Of a stretch of 64,000 nt of DNA, positions 35,011-49,380 are shown one piece after another. The notes under the pieces were generated by a model. The model saw only the letters and a list, made by a program, of their open reading frames with translations, had not been told where the DNA came from and did not search any database. The translations under genes and the position numbers were made by a program. Source of the DNA: Paraspadella gotoi (lineage: Eukaryota > Animalia > Chaetognatha); contig CM119270.1 of assembly GCA_051294375.1 (NCBI GenBank), positions 8,228,839 through 8,292,838 on the forward strand. The letters are read 5' to 3'. Each line of letters begins with the position of its first letter. Positions within the stretch are counted from its first letter, which is position 1.

Positions 35011-37252
35011 AGCGACACCAAATCTCCAAAAGTTTCCTTCAAGAATCAGCCAAAGATCATTTCCCCGCTGTCGCCCTCTTGCTCCTCCGCGCGAAGACAC
35101 AAAGATCGAAAGAAAACGACGAACAAACACCGGAAGTTGTCGTCGATCGGTTCGTCTCCGTCGTCTTCGTTCTCGTCATCGTCGTCGTCGTCGTTTATCT
35201 GCATCGACGCTATTATCGACGACGCTCCGGATAGGACAACGACTGCACCGGAAGCGGCCGACGCTGCGGCAGAAGCAGCAGCAGCCCCGGACGCGGCGAC
35301 GACTGTGGTGGTGTTGGAGTCCGGCGCGGAACTGCCCGTCGACGGTGGTTGGATCGACGTCGTGATCGAGGAAGGAAAAACAATCGAAATCTCCACCGTC
35401 GATCGATTCTCTCCAGAAGAGGAAACCATGCCGGGCATACTCTCCCCCGAGCCATGTCGTTCGAGCATGCTTTCGCCCTCCAACCCTCAACGTTGGTCGG
35501 GGTTCCTCCCGAACCAAGAATTACTAGTTGCCCCCCAACCAGCGGGAATGTCCTTGCAATCCACCTGCAATGCCGAAACAAATTCTTTTAAAACTATTAC
35601 CCATTCTGCTTTGCTTTCGCCCAACCCTCAACCGCGAAACATATTGTTGTCAAAAGCGGAAGTTTCTTTCCCTTTCCGGAACCAAAACAACCATCCAACC
35701 ATCTTTGCGTCTCCGAAGGCCGTGCGATCAACCATGGCGTCCCAACCTGCCAATTCGACGACCCTCACGTTACAACGAGGCCATCCAACCCTGCTCTCCT
35801 CTCAAAGTTTAGAGTCCTTGATATTTTCTCCAGCGGTGAACGAGTTGAGCGAAAACTTTGGAGCGACAATGACAACGACGGAGACGACAAAGAATAGTTC
35901 CTTGACAGGAATCAACATCAATGAGTCATCGGTTTACAATTCCGGACGCGAAAAGTCGAATCTTGGAAACGCACAACCGCAAGCGGGTGCGCGGTTGTCC
36001 TCATCCGAGATGCCGCAGGCTTCGTCCGTCTCTCTTTCGAAAACGGCTAGCTTCACTGGTCAGTTGGCTGGACTATCGGATGGGGTATCTGCAGATTTTG
36101 ACCTCAGATCGAGTTTCCGAACTCTGGACCTGAACATTAGGACGACTACAAACGAAGAATCGGAATCGAATAGCGCCTCGTCCACCGTCCGCTCCACGAT
36201 GCCGCTCCTCTCCCGAAGAGAGGCGTTTTCCCCGTCCATGCTCCTCCAATCCCCCCTGCCCCATTCACCGCTCCTTCACACCGCCGCCTCGCCGTCCTTG
36301 CTCCTTCAATCCCCTCCTTCGCCAAGCTACAGCGAGACTTATCGCCATCTGACCGACGTCGTCCGCTTCCGTCTCGACGCGGACCGCCCGTTCCCTTCTC
36401 TGCCCTCGTCCCCTCCGCGGCCCCGAACGCGCATCGATTATCCACCGTCGACAATCGACTCTGGTTTCGTGGTTGCAGACGAGGAAACGCCGTCGCAATG
36501 GTCGGCGTCATTATCGGCAACAAAGACGCCGTCTCAGGAATCCTCTCTGGCGTCGCCGCCGCCTTCGCCACCAACGCTAAGGCAAAGTCGGCTGCCACGT
36601 GCCACATGCCCGTGGCAACTGCTACCCTCCTTTTCGACGAAGACATCTCAAGCTAACTCCATCGTCCAAACTAACGATTCCAACGCCCTGGGCGCTACTC
36701 AGGCAAGCATGGGGCGAAGAGGCGGATTAATATTGAAAAAATAAACCGGTTAAAAAACATTAGCTTTTTTTCTAGGCGTGAAAAAGACGGCTAATACTCG
36801 AGTAGATGTGAGCAACTTTGTCTGTCTCATGATGAGCATTCGTTCGCGTTTTCACCCTCTCTCTCAAATTCTTATACATTTATTTTTCTTACTTCGATAT
36901 CTATGTTCATTTGTTCAAGGTTCAACGCTCATCTCAGGATCTCTCTTCCTCGGAATCCCGCGACGTCCCGTCCCCTTTCGGTCCTTCTCTGCATCCTACC
37001 TTTTCTCCTTACCAAACGGTGACCCTGGCCGATCTCGATGACCTCACCGACGTCGTGGGTCCCGTCCTGTCACCGCTCGCCGATCCAGCGCCTCATCGAG
37101 GTCTCTGCGGCGCCGAAACGCCCAAGGAAACCGACGCCATCTCTGCAGACCTCGCCGGTCTCGACGCGGGCGATTACGTCGTGCCGGAATTGTCTAAAGG
37201 GATGGCAGGAGATTGGCTAGAGTCCGATCTGGGAATTTTAGCCTCGCTTTGA
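31990..37252 (+). CDS. SoxC: SoxC-group HMG-box transcription factor (Sox4/11/12-like), 5 exons
   Basis: Exons 31990-32230, 32578-32747, 34342-34502, 34782-36702 and 36920-37252. Contains STPYSDATQ, the HMG box [20 protein letters not shown]...EYPDYKYRPKKK, and the C-terminal DYVVPELSKGMAGDWLES motif. The start codon is uncertain. Confidence 0.92.
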
Positions 37253-38135
37253 AGCTGGAGAAGAAATTCGCTTAAAAAAATTTGGGAGTTTGGACACACT
37301 TTTAAATAATTTTTTTTTTTAATAATGATCTCAGCGGTAGTATTGTTTTGTTATCGCATTTTATTTCGCCACCCAGTTGGGTTGCAGGTAGCGAAACTTT
37401 TTCAGGACTACAAAAAACATCGCTACCGAATCGAAGCTTTCTCCGGTTTGATCGCTAATTTTAAAATAAAGACGCAATTTAACAGTATTGCTTCTTGGGA
37501 AAATAATTATCTCCTGTAGAAATCGTTGACTCAACGGAATATTTTGTCTAACATGTGATGTAGACGTAAAAAAATTTACAATATTCATTAACTAATAGAA
37601 AGATTATCGTTTATTTTTTTAACAAATTCATTATTGATAACCTAGACTTTTTTATGATACTACTTGGTATCAAATGTTAAAAATTAAAAAGCCTAAACTA
37701 GGCGAATTTGATCGTTTTACATCTACATCTTTTTGAAGCTTTTTAAACTTTTTTGATGTTGTTACGGGTAAAAAGAACTTAAAAAGTTATCATTGTGTAA
37801 CTTCGGCGCTACTACGCGGTTTTTTAACTGTTGGCCAAATCTTGAATTGTGAGTGTGCTGCTAATTGCGAGCTAATCACTAACTCAGGTAACTTGATTCA
37901 TTAAATGTTTCGTTCTCTCTTAGGTACATACATAATTACATATGATATAATAAATGTGTCAGAGGAAAATGCCTGCTATAATTGATTGGTCAAAAACCAG
38001 TAATTAAATAATGATTTTTCTTCTCTCTTAGTACTCTTTTAACCTAAAATCCCTCACACTTTTGCTTAATGACTAATTTATGTGCACAATGAAGAAAACA
38101 GATGTTATTTTTTTAATTTTAGTTTTATTTTAAAA

Positions 38136-38172
<37 letters not shown>

Positions 38173-38889
38173 CCTCTTTCTGAGTTTCTCCCATAACAAC
38201 TGATTAACAAGTAAAATTTAAGTGTGACATAAAATAATTCAATGACTTGCGACAAAATAAAACTTTTATCTATTTATTAAGTTTAAAATTTTTTTAATAC
38301 CTTCGACGTTACTTAATTATTACTTTTTGTTTAGATTTTACATCACCATTTTAAATTTTTGACCTCTTTAGTCGTTTTCACACTTGTTCGAGCTAATTTC
38401 TTTCTTTACAAATAAATATTGAAATATCGTTATTATTATTAATTAACCTCACGTCTTCAATTTTTGTGATTCCTTTTCAGTTTTTTCCTGAAAAATGTTT
38501 TTTCTTAGTTGCATAGCGACATAAATAAAACGATCATACCTCAGAATTATTTTCTGATTCTTTGAAAACCAAATTTATGACAAGCAGAAAACTTTATTAT
38601 TTCTTATCAAAAAGATTCAACAAGTTTTTACAGGGAATGCACTGGGCGAAAAAAAGAGAAAATTATAAAAAAATTAAGGCGAAACGTCATGGTCTAAACA
38701 TAATTGGAAGAAACTTTACCCACCTAAAAAACTAGGAGTTTCTTATATTGTAATCAAAAATATTCAGGTGAACGAGATAAAAAGTTGCGCTCAGGGGAAA
38801 ACACTGAGCCGGGACACAAGAGCACGAACATTGTCCATTACCCTTTACATTATTATTCCTTGGAGAAAGAAAATTACTTCGGAATTGCG

Positions 38890-38926
<37 letters not shown>

Positions 38927-39221
38927 NNNNNNNNNNNNNNNNNNNNNNNNNNNNNNNNNNNNNNNNNNNNNNNNNNNNNNNNNNNNNNNNNNNNNNNNNN
39001 NNNNNNNNNNNNNNNNNNNNNNNNNNNNNNNNNNNNNNNNNNNNNNNNNNNNNNNNNGTTTATCCCATTCAAGTTAGGCCGAATAGCCGAAAAGTTCCAG
39101 CGCTGGAATGGCACTCATCTTTTGGGTCATCGGGCCCAAGTGGAACCCAGTGAGTTCCAAAGGTCGATGACCTTTGAACCTTTCGACGTCGCTGCATAGC
39201 TGTCGATGATCGTGTCGGTAG

Positions 39222-39278
<57 letters not shown>

Positions 39279-39399
39279 GTAATCGATTTTAATCTACTCG
39301 AATTTTGTCATTATATAAACGATTTTCTTAAAATTACGATTTTTAAAAAACTCATTTGATTCTCCTTTCATCTCCGTCTTCAATCAAATCATTATCCTC

Positions 39400-39925
39400 T
39401 TTCTTTTTCCTCTTGCCTCTTCCCCTTCCTCCTCCTCCTAATCTTCCTCTTCCTCCTCTTTTACTCTTCCTCCTCATATTCCTCCCCTTCTTTCTCTTCT
39501 TCCCCTCCCTTCTTCAATCTTCCTCTTCCTCCCCCTCTTCCTCTCCATCTTCTCTTCCTCTCAATCTTCTCTTCCTCCCCATCTTAATCTTCCTCCCCAT
39601 CTTCCTCTCCCTCTCAATCTTCCTCTTCCTCCCCATCTTCCTCTTCCTCCCCATCTCCTCTTCCTCCCCATCTTCCTCTTCCCCTCAATTTCCTCTTCCT
39701 CCCAATCTTCCTCTTCCTCACCCATCTTCCTTTCCTCCCCATCTTCCTATTCTTCCCAATTTTGCTCTTTCTCCCAATCTTCCTCTTTCTTCCCCTCTTC
39801 TCTCCCCATCTTCCTCTTTCCCCTCAATTTTCTCTTCCTCCCAATCTTCCCTCTTCTCACCCATCTTCCTCCCCCTCTTCCTCTCCCTCTTCTCTTCCTC
39901 CCCCATCTTCCTCTCTCTCCCCAAT
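39400..39925 (+). repeat. Polypyrimidine low-complexity tract (CTTCCTCTTCCTCCCCAT-like), duplicated at ~46375-46908
   Basis: Almost G-free strand with ~18-21-bp quasi-repeats. Confidence 0.85.
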
Positions 39926-40446
39926 GACCTGGCCTCGACTCTCGTTTCCGCCTTGACCTTTCAACTCTTCCATCACATCGCTCTACTTTTTTTGGGTTCG
40001 ATAACGACCGAAGCCGTCCTCTCCCAATGTCTCCCTCTCTATCTAGATCGGTCTCGCTCTCGTTCTCGATAAGTATCCCTTTCTATCGCGATCGGTCTCC
40101 CTGTTGATTTGGGTCGGTCACTGTGGCGGAATAAATTTAACTTTTTTTTTATTTTAGACTTTCGATGTCGAAGTTAAGGTAAACTGAATTATCAGTAATC
40201 GAGTCTCTCTCTCCCTCTCTGTCCCTATATCCCTTTCTCCCTCTCCCGCTAGCTTATCTCGCTTTTGACCTCAGTCCGACTTCTCGTATTTTCCCAAACT
40301 GTTTTTGACAATTTTATCAAACTCAAAGCCGCCACAAACAACCTCGCTTAGACACTTCCACTTGGTTAACTCCTACTACCGAAAATACATATTCATTCCT
40401 CAACGATCATCACCAAAACTCTCAAGCTGACAGAATGAGTCTTTTC

Positions 40447-40478
<32 letters not shown>

Positions 40479-40624
40479 AAAAGAGAGAGATGAATGACAG
40501 AGAGCAGAAGGGAATTGGAAAGGAGAAAGAAAAAAAAAATCTTATCCGAGAGAAAAAATGAGACGCTCCATCACCATAACGACAACAAAAGAAGAAAGAG
40601 TGTGCTTGTCTGGGAAATAGAGAG

Positions 40625-40677
<53 letters not shown>

Positions 40678-41371
40678 TAAGAGAGAGAGAGGACTGATGA
40701 AAAAAGGAAGAAAAAAAGAAGCATAAAAGAAGGAGAGGCAGTGAAGGGAAGAGGAGCAGGTCTCACGGGAATGACAAGTGACTACTGGGACACTGGCGTG
40801 GTAAGAAAAAAGAAAAGAAATTTGTGAAACTAAGCGTAAATGGAACCTTGAGACCCGGGACGCATATTTTACGACTTACATTTTTTTAAATGTTTTTAAA
40901 GTTTAGTTCAATAGTTTTTTTTTTCATACAAGGAGGGCCAGGTCTTTTCGAATCAGAGTCGAAACTTGTCTGTCTTATTTTAAATAAAAGAGTTGTTACG
41001 TTGAAACACAAATTCTTTGATAATTTTTATTTCAAAATTTTGTTAAGGAAGGTTGCGGAAAAATATGAAAAAATGACCATTTTCTGGTCATAATTAGTAT
41101 CGATCTTAAGACAAAAGCTCCCAGTTTCAGGAGATAGTTCTATTTTTAAAGAGCTGGACTTCGCGGTATACAGATATGAAGATTCTTTTTTCTTTTTCTT
41201 CTTTTTTCTCGTTGTTTTCCCTTTTTTTTCTTAACAATATTACAGATAAAAAAGTGAATCCGTCATTACGTATTTTTCAAAATATTTCCCAATTCGATAC
41301 TTCGAGTACCGCTCGTCTACTTCCAATAACCATAGACCACCTTCTAATCTCCACCCCCCACCCTGCATCAG

Positions 41372-44277
41372 GTCTGGTCGCAGATCGAACGGCGCAAGAT
41401 CATCGAAGCGAATCCCGACACACCCAAAGCCCGCATCTCCAAACAGTTGGGAATCCGCTGGCGCTGCTGTCGGAAGAGCAAAGACGCCCTACGTGGAGGA
41501 AGCGGAGAGGCTGCGCCTGCTGCATCTCAGGTGGAAGGCTGCGTCGGGCGGCGGGAGGGTGGGTGAAGAAGTGAGTAAGTTAGTATGATGAGGAAAGGGT
41601 GGTTGAGGTAAATAATATATACTGTATGCATATTCATTGGAATATCATTTTGCCGTCATAGTTTTATAATAATGAGCCGAAGAATTCTCTGGGTCAACAT
41701 AGCAAGAAATACTAATAGAATTGTAGTAAGATGTGGCAAAATCGTCAAATGTCAAAAACATTGGTCGCTTCGTCCAATCATAAAAAAATAAAATACTTCG
41801 TCACAGAGATATATCCCGACTACAAGTACCGACCAAAGAAAAAGGCCCCGCGAATTCCCAAAGAGAAAGAAACGTCAGAAACAGAAGCACAGCTGCAAAA
41901 CAGAGCGGAACAGCAACAACGTCCGCATCAGCAACTTTCGCAGCAGATTTATCGTCTGAGGAAACGACCCTCTGACCAGCGCAACTGAATAAGAGTCAAC
42001 GACCGGTACGGCGGCGGCGGGCGGCGGCGGCGGCGGGCAGCGACACCAAATCTCCAAAAAGTTTCCTTCAAGAATCAGCCAAAGATCATTTCCCCGCTGT
42101 CGCCCCTCTTGCTCCTCCGCGCGAAGACACAAAGATCGAAAGAAAAACGACGAAACAAACACCGGAAGTTGTCGTCGATCGGTTCGTCTCCGTCGTCTTC
42201 TTCTCGTCATCGCGTCGTCGTCGTTTAATCTGCATCGACGCTATAATCGACGACGCTCCGGATAGGACAACGACTGCACCGGAAGCGGCCGACGCTGCAG
42301 CAGAAGCAGCGGCAGCCCCGGACGCGGCGACGACTGTGGTGGTGTTGGAGTCCGGCGGGAACTGCCCGTCGACCGGTGGTTGGATCGACGTCGTGATCGA
42401 GGAAGGAAAAACCATCGAAATCTCCACCGTCGATCGATTCTCTCCAGAAGAGGAAACCATGCCGGGCATACTCTCCCCGAGCCATGTCGTTCGAGCATGC
42501 TTTCCGCCCTCAACCCTCGACGTTGGTCGGGGTTCCTCTCCGCACAACACAGCGTACTAGTGCCCCCCACAACCAGCGGGAATGTCCTTGCAATCCACCT
42601 GCAATGCCGAAACAAATTCTTTTAAAACTATTACCCATTCTGCTTTGCTTTCGCCAACCCTCAACGCGAAACATTATTGTTGTCAAAAGCGGAAGTTTCT
42701 TTCCCTTTCCGGAACCAAAACAACCATCCAACCATCTTTGCGTCTCCGAAGGCCGTGCGATCAACCATGGCGTCCCAACCTGCCAATTCGACGACCCTCA
42801 CGTTACAACGAGGCCATCCAACCTGCTCTCCTCTCAAAGTTTAGAGTCCTTGATATTTTCTCCAGCGGTGAACGAGTTGAGCGAAAACTTTGGAGGGACA
42901 ATGACGACGACGGAGACGACAAAGAATAGTTCCTTGACAGGAATCAACATCAATGAGTCATCGGTTTACAATTCCGGACGCGAAAAGTCGAATCTTGGAA
43001 ACGCACATCCGCAAGCGGGTGCGCGTTGTCCTCATCCGAGATGCCGGAGGCTTCATCCGTCTCTCTTTCTAAAACGGCTAGCTTCACTGGTCAGTTGGCT
43101 GGACTATCGGATGGGGTATCTGCAGATTTTGACCTCAGATCGAGTTTCCGAACTCTGGACCTGAACATTAGGACGACTACAAACGAAGAATCGGAATCGA
43201 ATACGCCTCGCCCACCGTCCGCTCCACGATGCCGCTCCTCTCCCGAAGAGAGGCGTTTTCCCCGTCCATGCTCCTCCAATCCCCTGCCCATTCACCGCTC
43301 CTTCACACACGCCCGCCGCCTCGCCGTCTTGCTCCTTCAATCCCCTCCTTCGCCAGCTACAGCGAGACTTATCGCCATCTGACCGACGTCGTCCGCTTCC
43401 GTCTCGACGCGGACCGCCCGTTCCCTCTCTCTCCCTCGTCCCCTCGCGGCCCCGAACGCGCATCGATTATCCACCGTCGACAATGACTCTGGTTTCGTGG
43501 TTGCAGACGAGGAAACGCCGTCCAATGGTCGGCGTCATTATCGCAACGAAGACGCCGTCTCAGAATCCTCTCTGGGTCGCCGCCCGCTTCGCCACCAACG
43601 CTAAGGCAAAGTCGGCTGCCACGTGCCACGTGCCCGTGGCAACTGCTACCCTCCTTTTCTACGAAGACATCTCAAGTAACTCCATCGTCCAAACTAACGA
43701 TTCCAACGCCCTGGGCGCTACTCAGGCAAGCATGGGGCGAAGAGGCGGATTAATATTGAAAAAATAAACACCGGTTAAAAACATTAGCTTTTTTTTCTAG
43801 GCGTGAAAAAGACGGCTGATACTCGAGTAGATGTGAGCAACTTTGTCTGTCTCATGATGAGCATTCGTTCGCGTTTTCACCCTCTCTCTCAAATTCTTAT
43901 ACATTTATTTTTCTTACTTCGATATCTATGTTCATTTGTTCAAGGTTCAACGCTCATCTCAGGATCTCTCTTCCTCGGAATCCCGCGACGTCCCGTCCCC
44001 TTTCGGTCCTTCTCTGCATCCTACCTTTTCTCCTTACCAAAACGGTGACCCTGGCCGATCTCGATGACCTCACCGACGTGTGGGTCCCGTCCTGTCACCG
44101 CTCGCCGATCCAGCGCCTCATCGAGGTCTCTGCGGCGCCGAAACGCCCAAGGAAACCGACGCTATCTCTGCAGACCTCGCCGGTCTCGACGCGGGCGATT
44201 ACGTCGGGCCGGAATTGTCTAAAAGGGATGGCAGGAGATTGGCTAGAGTCCGATCTGGGAATTTAGACCTCGCTTTG
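41372..44277 (+). pseudogene. Second, 5'-truncated and frameshifted SoxC copy (pseudogene or assembly artefact)
   Basis: Only exons 3-5 are present, with dozens of 1-bp indels relative to 34342-37252. Confidence 0.7.
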
Positions 44278-45154
44278 AAGCTGGAGAAGAAATTCGCTTT
44301 AAAAAAATTTGGGAGTTTGGACACACTTTTTAAATAATTTTTTTTTTTAATAATGATCTCAGCGGTAGATTGTTTTGTTATCGCATTTTATTTCGCCACC
44401 CAGTTGGGTTGCAGGTAGCGAAACTTTTTCAGGACTACAAAAACATCGCTACCGGTCGAAGCTTTCTCCGGTTTGATCGCTAATTTTAAAATAAAGACGC
44501 AATTTAATATTATTGCTTCTTGGGAAAATAATTATCTCCTGCAGAAATGTTGACTCAACGGAATATTTTGTCTAACATGTGATGTAGACGTAAAAAATTT
44601 ACAATATTCATTAACTAATAGAAAGATTATCGTTTATTTTTAACAAATTCATTATTGAAACCTAGCTTTTTTATGATACTACTTGGTATCAAATGTTAAA
44701 ATTAAAAAGCCTAAACTAGGCGAATTTGATCGTTTTACATCTACATCTTTTTGAAGCTTTTTAAACTTTTTTGATGTTGTTACGGGTAAAAAGAACTTAA
44801 AAAGTTATCATTGTGTAACTTCGGCGCTACTACGCGGTTTTTTTAACTGTTGGCCAAATCTTGAATTGTGAGTGTGCTGCTAATTGCGAGCTAATCACTA
44901 ACTCAGGTAACTTGATTCATTAAATGTTTCGTTCTCTCTTAGGTACATACATAATTAAATATGATATAATAAATGTGTCAGAGGAAAATGCCTGCTATAA
45001 TTGATTGGTCAAAAACCAGTAATTAAATAATGATTTTTCTTCTCTCTTAGTACTCTTTTAACCTAAAATCCCTCACACTTTTGCTTAATGACTAATTTAT
45101 CTGCACAATGAAGAAAACAGATGTTATTTTTTTAATTTTAGTTTTATTTAACAA

Positions 45155-45228
<74 letters not shown>

Positions 45229-45942
45229 CTTCTCCCTTCTGAGTTTCTCCATAACAACTGATTAACAAGTAAAATTTAAGTGTGACATAAAATACTTCAA
45301 TGACTTGCGACAAAATAAAACTTTTATCTATTTATTAAGTTTAAAATTTTTTAATACCTTCGACGTTACTTAATTATTATTTTTTGTTTAGATTTTACAT
45401 CACCATTTTAAATTTTTGACCTCTTTAGTCGTTTTCACACTTGTTCGAGCTAATTTCTTTCTTTACAAATAAATATTGAAATATCGTTATTATTATTAAT
45501 TAACCTCACGTCTTCAATTTTTGTGATTCCTTTTCAGTTTTTCCTGAAAAATGTTTTTTCTTAGTTGCATAGCGACATAAATAAAACGATCATACCTCAG
45601 AATTATTTTCTGATTCTTTGAAAACCAAATTTATGACAAGCAGAAAACTTTATTATTTCTTATCAAAAAGATTCAACAAGTTTTTACAGGGATTGCACTG
45701 GGCGAAAAAGAGAAAATTATAAAATTAAGGCGAAACGTCATGGTTCAAACATAATTGGAAGAAACTTTACCCACCCCAAAAAACTAGGAGTTTCTTATAT
45801 TGTATATCAAAAATATTCAGGTGAACAGAATAAAAAGTTGCGCTCAGGGGAAAACACTGAGCCGGGACTCAAGAGCACGAACATTGTCCATTACCCTTTA
45901 CATTATCATTCCTTGGAGAAAGAAAATTACTTCGGAATTGCG

Positions 45943-45999
<57 letters not shown>

Positions 46000-46161
46000 G
46001 CGTTTATCCTTCAAGTTAGGCCGAATAGCCGAAAAGTTCCAGCGCTGGAATGGCACTCATCTTTTGGGTCATCGGCCCAAGTGGACCCAGTGAGTTCCAA
46101 AGGTCGATGACCTTTGAACCTTTCGACGTCGCTGCATAGCTGTCGATGATCGTGTCGGTAG

Positions 46162-46245
<84 letters not shown>

Positions 46246-47437
46246 TCTCTGTAATCGACTTTAATCATACTCGCGAATTTTGTCTATTATATAAACGATT
46301 TTCTTAAAATTACGATTTTTAAAAAAACTCTTTTGATTCTCCTTTCATCTCCGTCTTCAATCAAATCATTATCCTCTTTCTTTTTCCTCTTGCCTCTTCC
46401 CTTCCTCCTCCTCCTAATCTTCCTCTTCCTCCTCTTTTACTCTTCCTCCTCATATTCCTCCCCTTCTTCTCTTCTTCCCCTCCCTCTCAATCTTCCTCTT
46501 CCTCCCCTCTTCCTCTCCTCCTCTTCCTCTTCTCTCATCTTCTCTTCTCCCATTCTTAATCTTCCTCCCTCTTCCTCTCCCTCTCAATCTTCCTCTTCCT
46601 CCCTCCTCCTCTTCCTCCCATCTCCCTCTTCCTCCCCATCTTCCTCTTCCCCTCAATTTTCCTCTTCCTCCCAATCTTCCTCTCTTCTCACCCATCTTTC
46701 TTTTCCTCCCCATCTTCCTATTCTTCCCAATTTTGCTCTTTCTCCCAATCTTCCTCTTCTTCCCCTCTTCCTCTTCTCCCATCTTCCTCTTCCTCCCCAT
46801 CTTCCCTTCCCTCAATTTTCCTCTTCCTCCCAATCTTCCTCTTTCTCACCCATCTTCCCCCCTTTCCTCCCACTCTTCTCTTCCCCCCATCTTCCTCTCT
46901 CTCCCCAATGACCTGGCCTCGACTCTCGTTTCCGCCTTGACCTTTCAACTCTTCCATCACATCGCTCTACTTTTTTTGGGTTCGATAACGACCGAAGCCG
47001 TCCTCTCCCAATGTCTCCCTCTCTATCTAGATGGTCTCGCTCTCGTTCTCGATAAGTATCCCTTTCTATCGCGATCGGTCTCCCTGTTGATTTGGGTCGG
47101 TCACTGTGGCGGAATAAATTTAACTTTTTTTTGATTTTAGACTTTCGATGTCGAAGTTAAGGTAAACTGAATTATCAGTAATCGAGTCTCTTCTCTCTCC
47201 TCTCTGTCCCTATATCACTTTCTCCCTCTCGCCGCTAGCTTATCTCGCTTTTGACCTCAGTCCGACTTCTCGTATTTTCCCTAACTGTTTTTGACAATTT
47301 TATCAAACTCAAAGCCGCCACAAACAACCTCGCTTAGACACTTCCACTTGGTTAACTCCTACTACCAAAATACATATTCATTCCTCAACGATCATCACCA
47401 AAACTCTCAAGCTGACAGAATGAGTCTTTTCCTCTCC

Positions 47438-47500
<63 letters not shown>

Positions 47501-48317
47501 ATCGTCCACCCAATCTTCTTTCTCCCCTTCCCCCCATCACAAACTCCCTCCCCTACCCTCCCCCCCCCACAGCCCGAATCGTGTCTCGTGTTTCCTTCCG
47601 GTTTTTCGAGGCCAAAAGACTCATTTTGCTTTTTCGATTCTTTTTTTTTTTCCNNNNNNNNNNNNNNNNNNNNNNNNNCTTTTTTTCTTGATTAATTATT
47701 GATTCCCTCTTTCGCCTTTGATGTTCGGCGATTCGGAAAAATGTGAGGCAGGGAAGATGGAGAGGTAAATTAAAAGGGAGAAAAAGGAAAAGGGGAGGAA
47801 AAAAGGAGAGGGAAGAAGTAGTAATGACCTAAAGACTTTGTTCCACGCGGACGGTTTTTGAGAAGAAAAAGAAAAGAAAAAAGAAAAGAAGGATTGGTTT
47901 TATTAAATTATCAAATTCCATAAGCTCATATTGTTTCCAGAAGCAATGGTAATCCTACGAACCGACGAGCGAGAAATGTTTACCTCCCTAATATCAACGG
48001 AAGCCGATTTATAATCAAAATTTTAGTCCTTAATGATTTAGTAGCCTTTAATTGTTATTTTTCAGAGTATCTTTATATGAGTCAGCAAGAAAAGAGCCAA
48101 ACTGTCAAGTACTCTAGTATTTATTGTCCCATTTCTTCGGCCGAGCGAGAGATAGAAGAAAAAAGGAAGAAGAAAAAAATGCGAGAGAAGAAAAAATAAG
48201 GAAGAAATTGATGAAGGTTATAAAGGGAGTTTTTGGGGGCCGGCCATGTTTATGAGCCTGGGAGAGGAAGGCCGTAAATAGCGAATGGGGATTAAGAAGA
48301 GGATATGAAAAAGAGCG

Positions 48318-48435
<118 letters not shown>

Positions 48436-49339
48436 TAAAATGCTGGGGAAAGATGGATGGAGTGCAAATGACAGATTGGCGATATCGGTAAGACCCTGGG
48501 TTTCGAAATCGAAAAGATATTTCCAAATATGTTACATACGGTTTTCGATTTTCTAGCCATTAAATACATTAAAATAGATGCCGTTTAATAAGTGCTTTCG
48601 AAATAATGTAATGTTAGTAGATGAAACCTTTTCTGTTATATCATGATATTGTCTCTCCCTATCTTTAACTCTCCCTCACCCCAAACACTTTATAAAGAGG
48701 AGCCGTTGAAAAATAGTGTTGCGACGTGACCGCGGATGCGGCGGCGGCGGCGGCGGCGGCGGCGGAGGCATCGGCCTTTTGAGGACCGCGTCCAACATCG
48801 AATACAGGCCTTCTCTTTATTTTTTCGTCCATGTTAGAATTTGGTAAGTTCGCTATGAATATTAAAGTGTATATGTATAAAAATTATCGACGTACTGTTA
48901 AATCTGTTTCCTCTAACCAATTATCTTTTTTAACAACTTTATCTCTGAAATATATAAATGAAATCTACGTATAATGTCAATGTTAGTTGTCGTCCGTCAA
49001 AGGTCTTGATCGCGTGACGTTTACGTTTTTTTATGACTTACTGGATTCTCTCTCTCCGGTTTCACTTTTGATTTGGCATCGATTCTGCGGTGAAGTCGTC
49101 GTGAACCTCATAAAACTTTTTTGGCCTGTCGGTCGGTCGGTCGGTCCGTCCCTCCGTCTGTCGGTCGAAAGAAGAAGAAGCAAATTCTCTTTCGAAGTGA
49201 AAAGTAGCAACAGGGAAAAGTTAAATGGCCCGGCAGAAGAAAGAACGCGTGAGATGGACCTCGATAACGACAGAGACAGAGACGANNNNNNNNNNNNNNN
49301 NNNNNNNNNNGAAAGAAGAGAGAGAGAGAGAGAGAGACG

Positions 49340-49380
<41 letters not shown>

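Larger units (their letters stand above)
33474..47498 (+). repeat. ~7-kb direct tandem duplication (33474-40478 / 40489-47498)
   Basis: Near-identical colinear sequence including introns and 3' flank. The junction lies in a CT/AG microsatellite. Confidence 0.95.

Noticed and set aside
39356-40072. 238-aa Leu/Pro/Ser ORF
   Set aside because: It is a low-complexity polypyrimidine tract, and the frame is not preserved in the duplicate copy.
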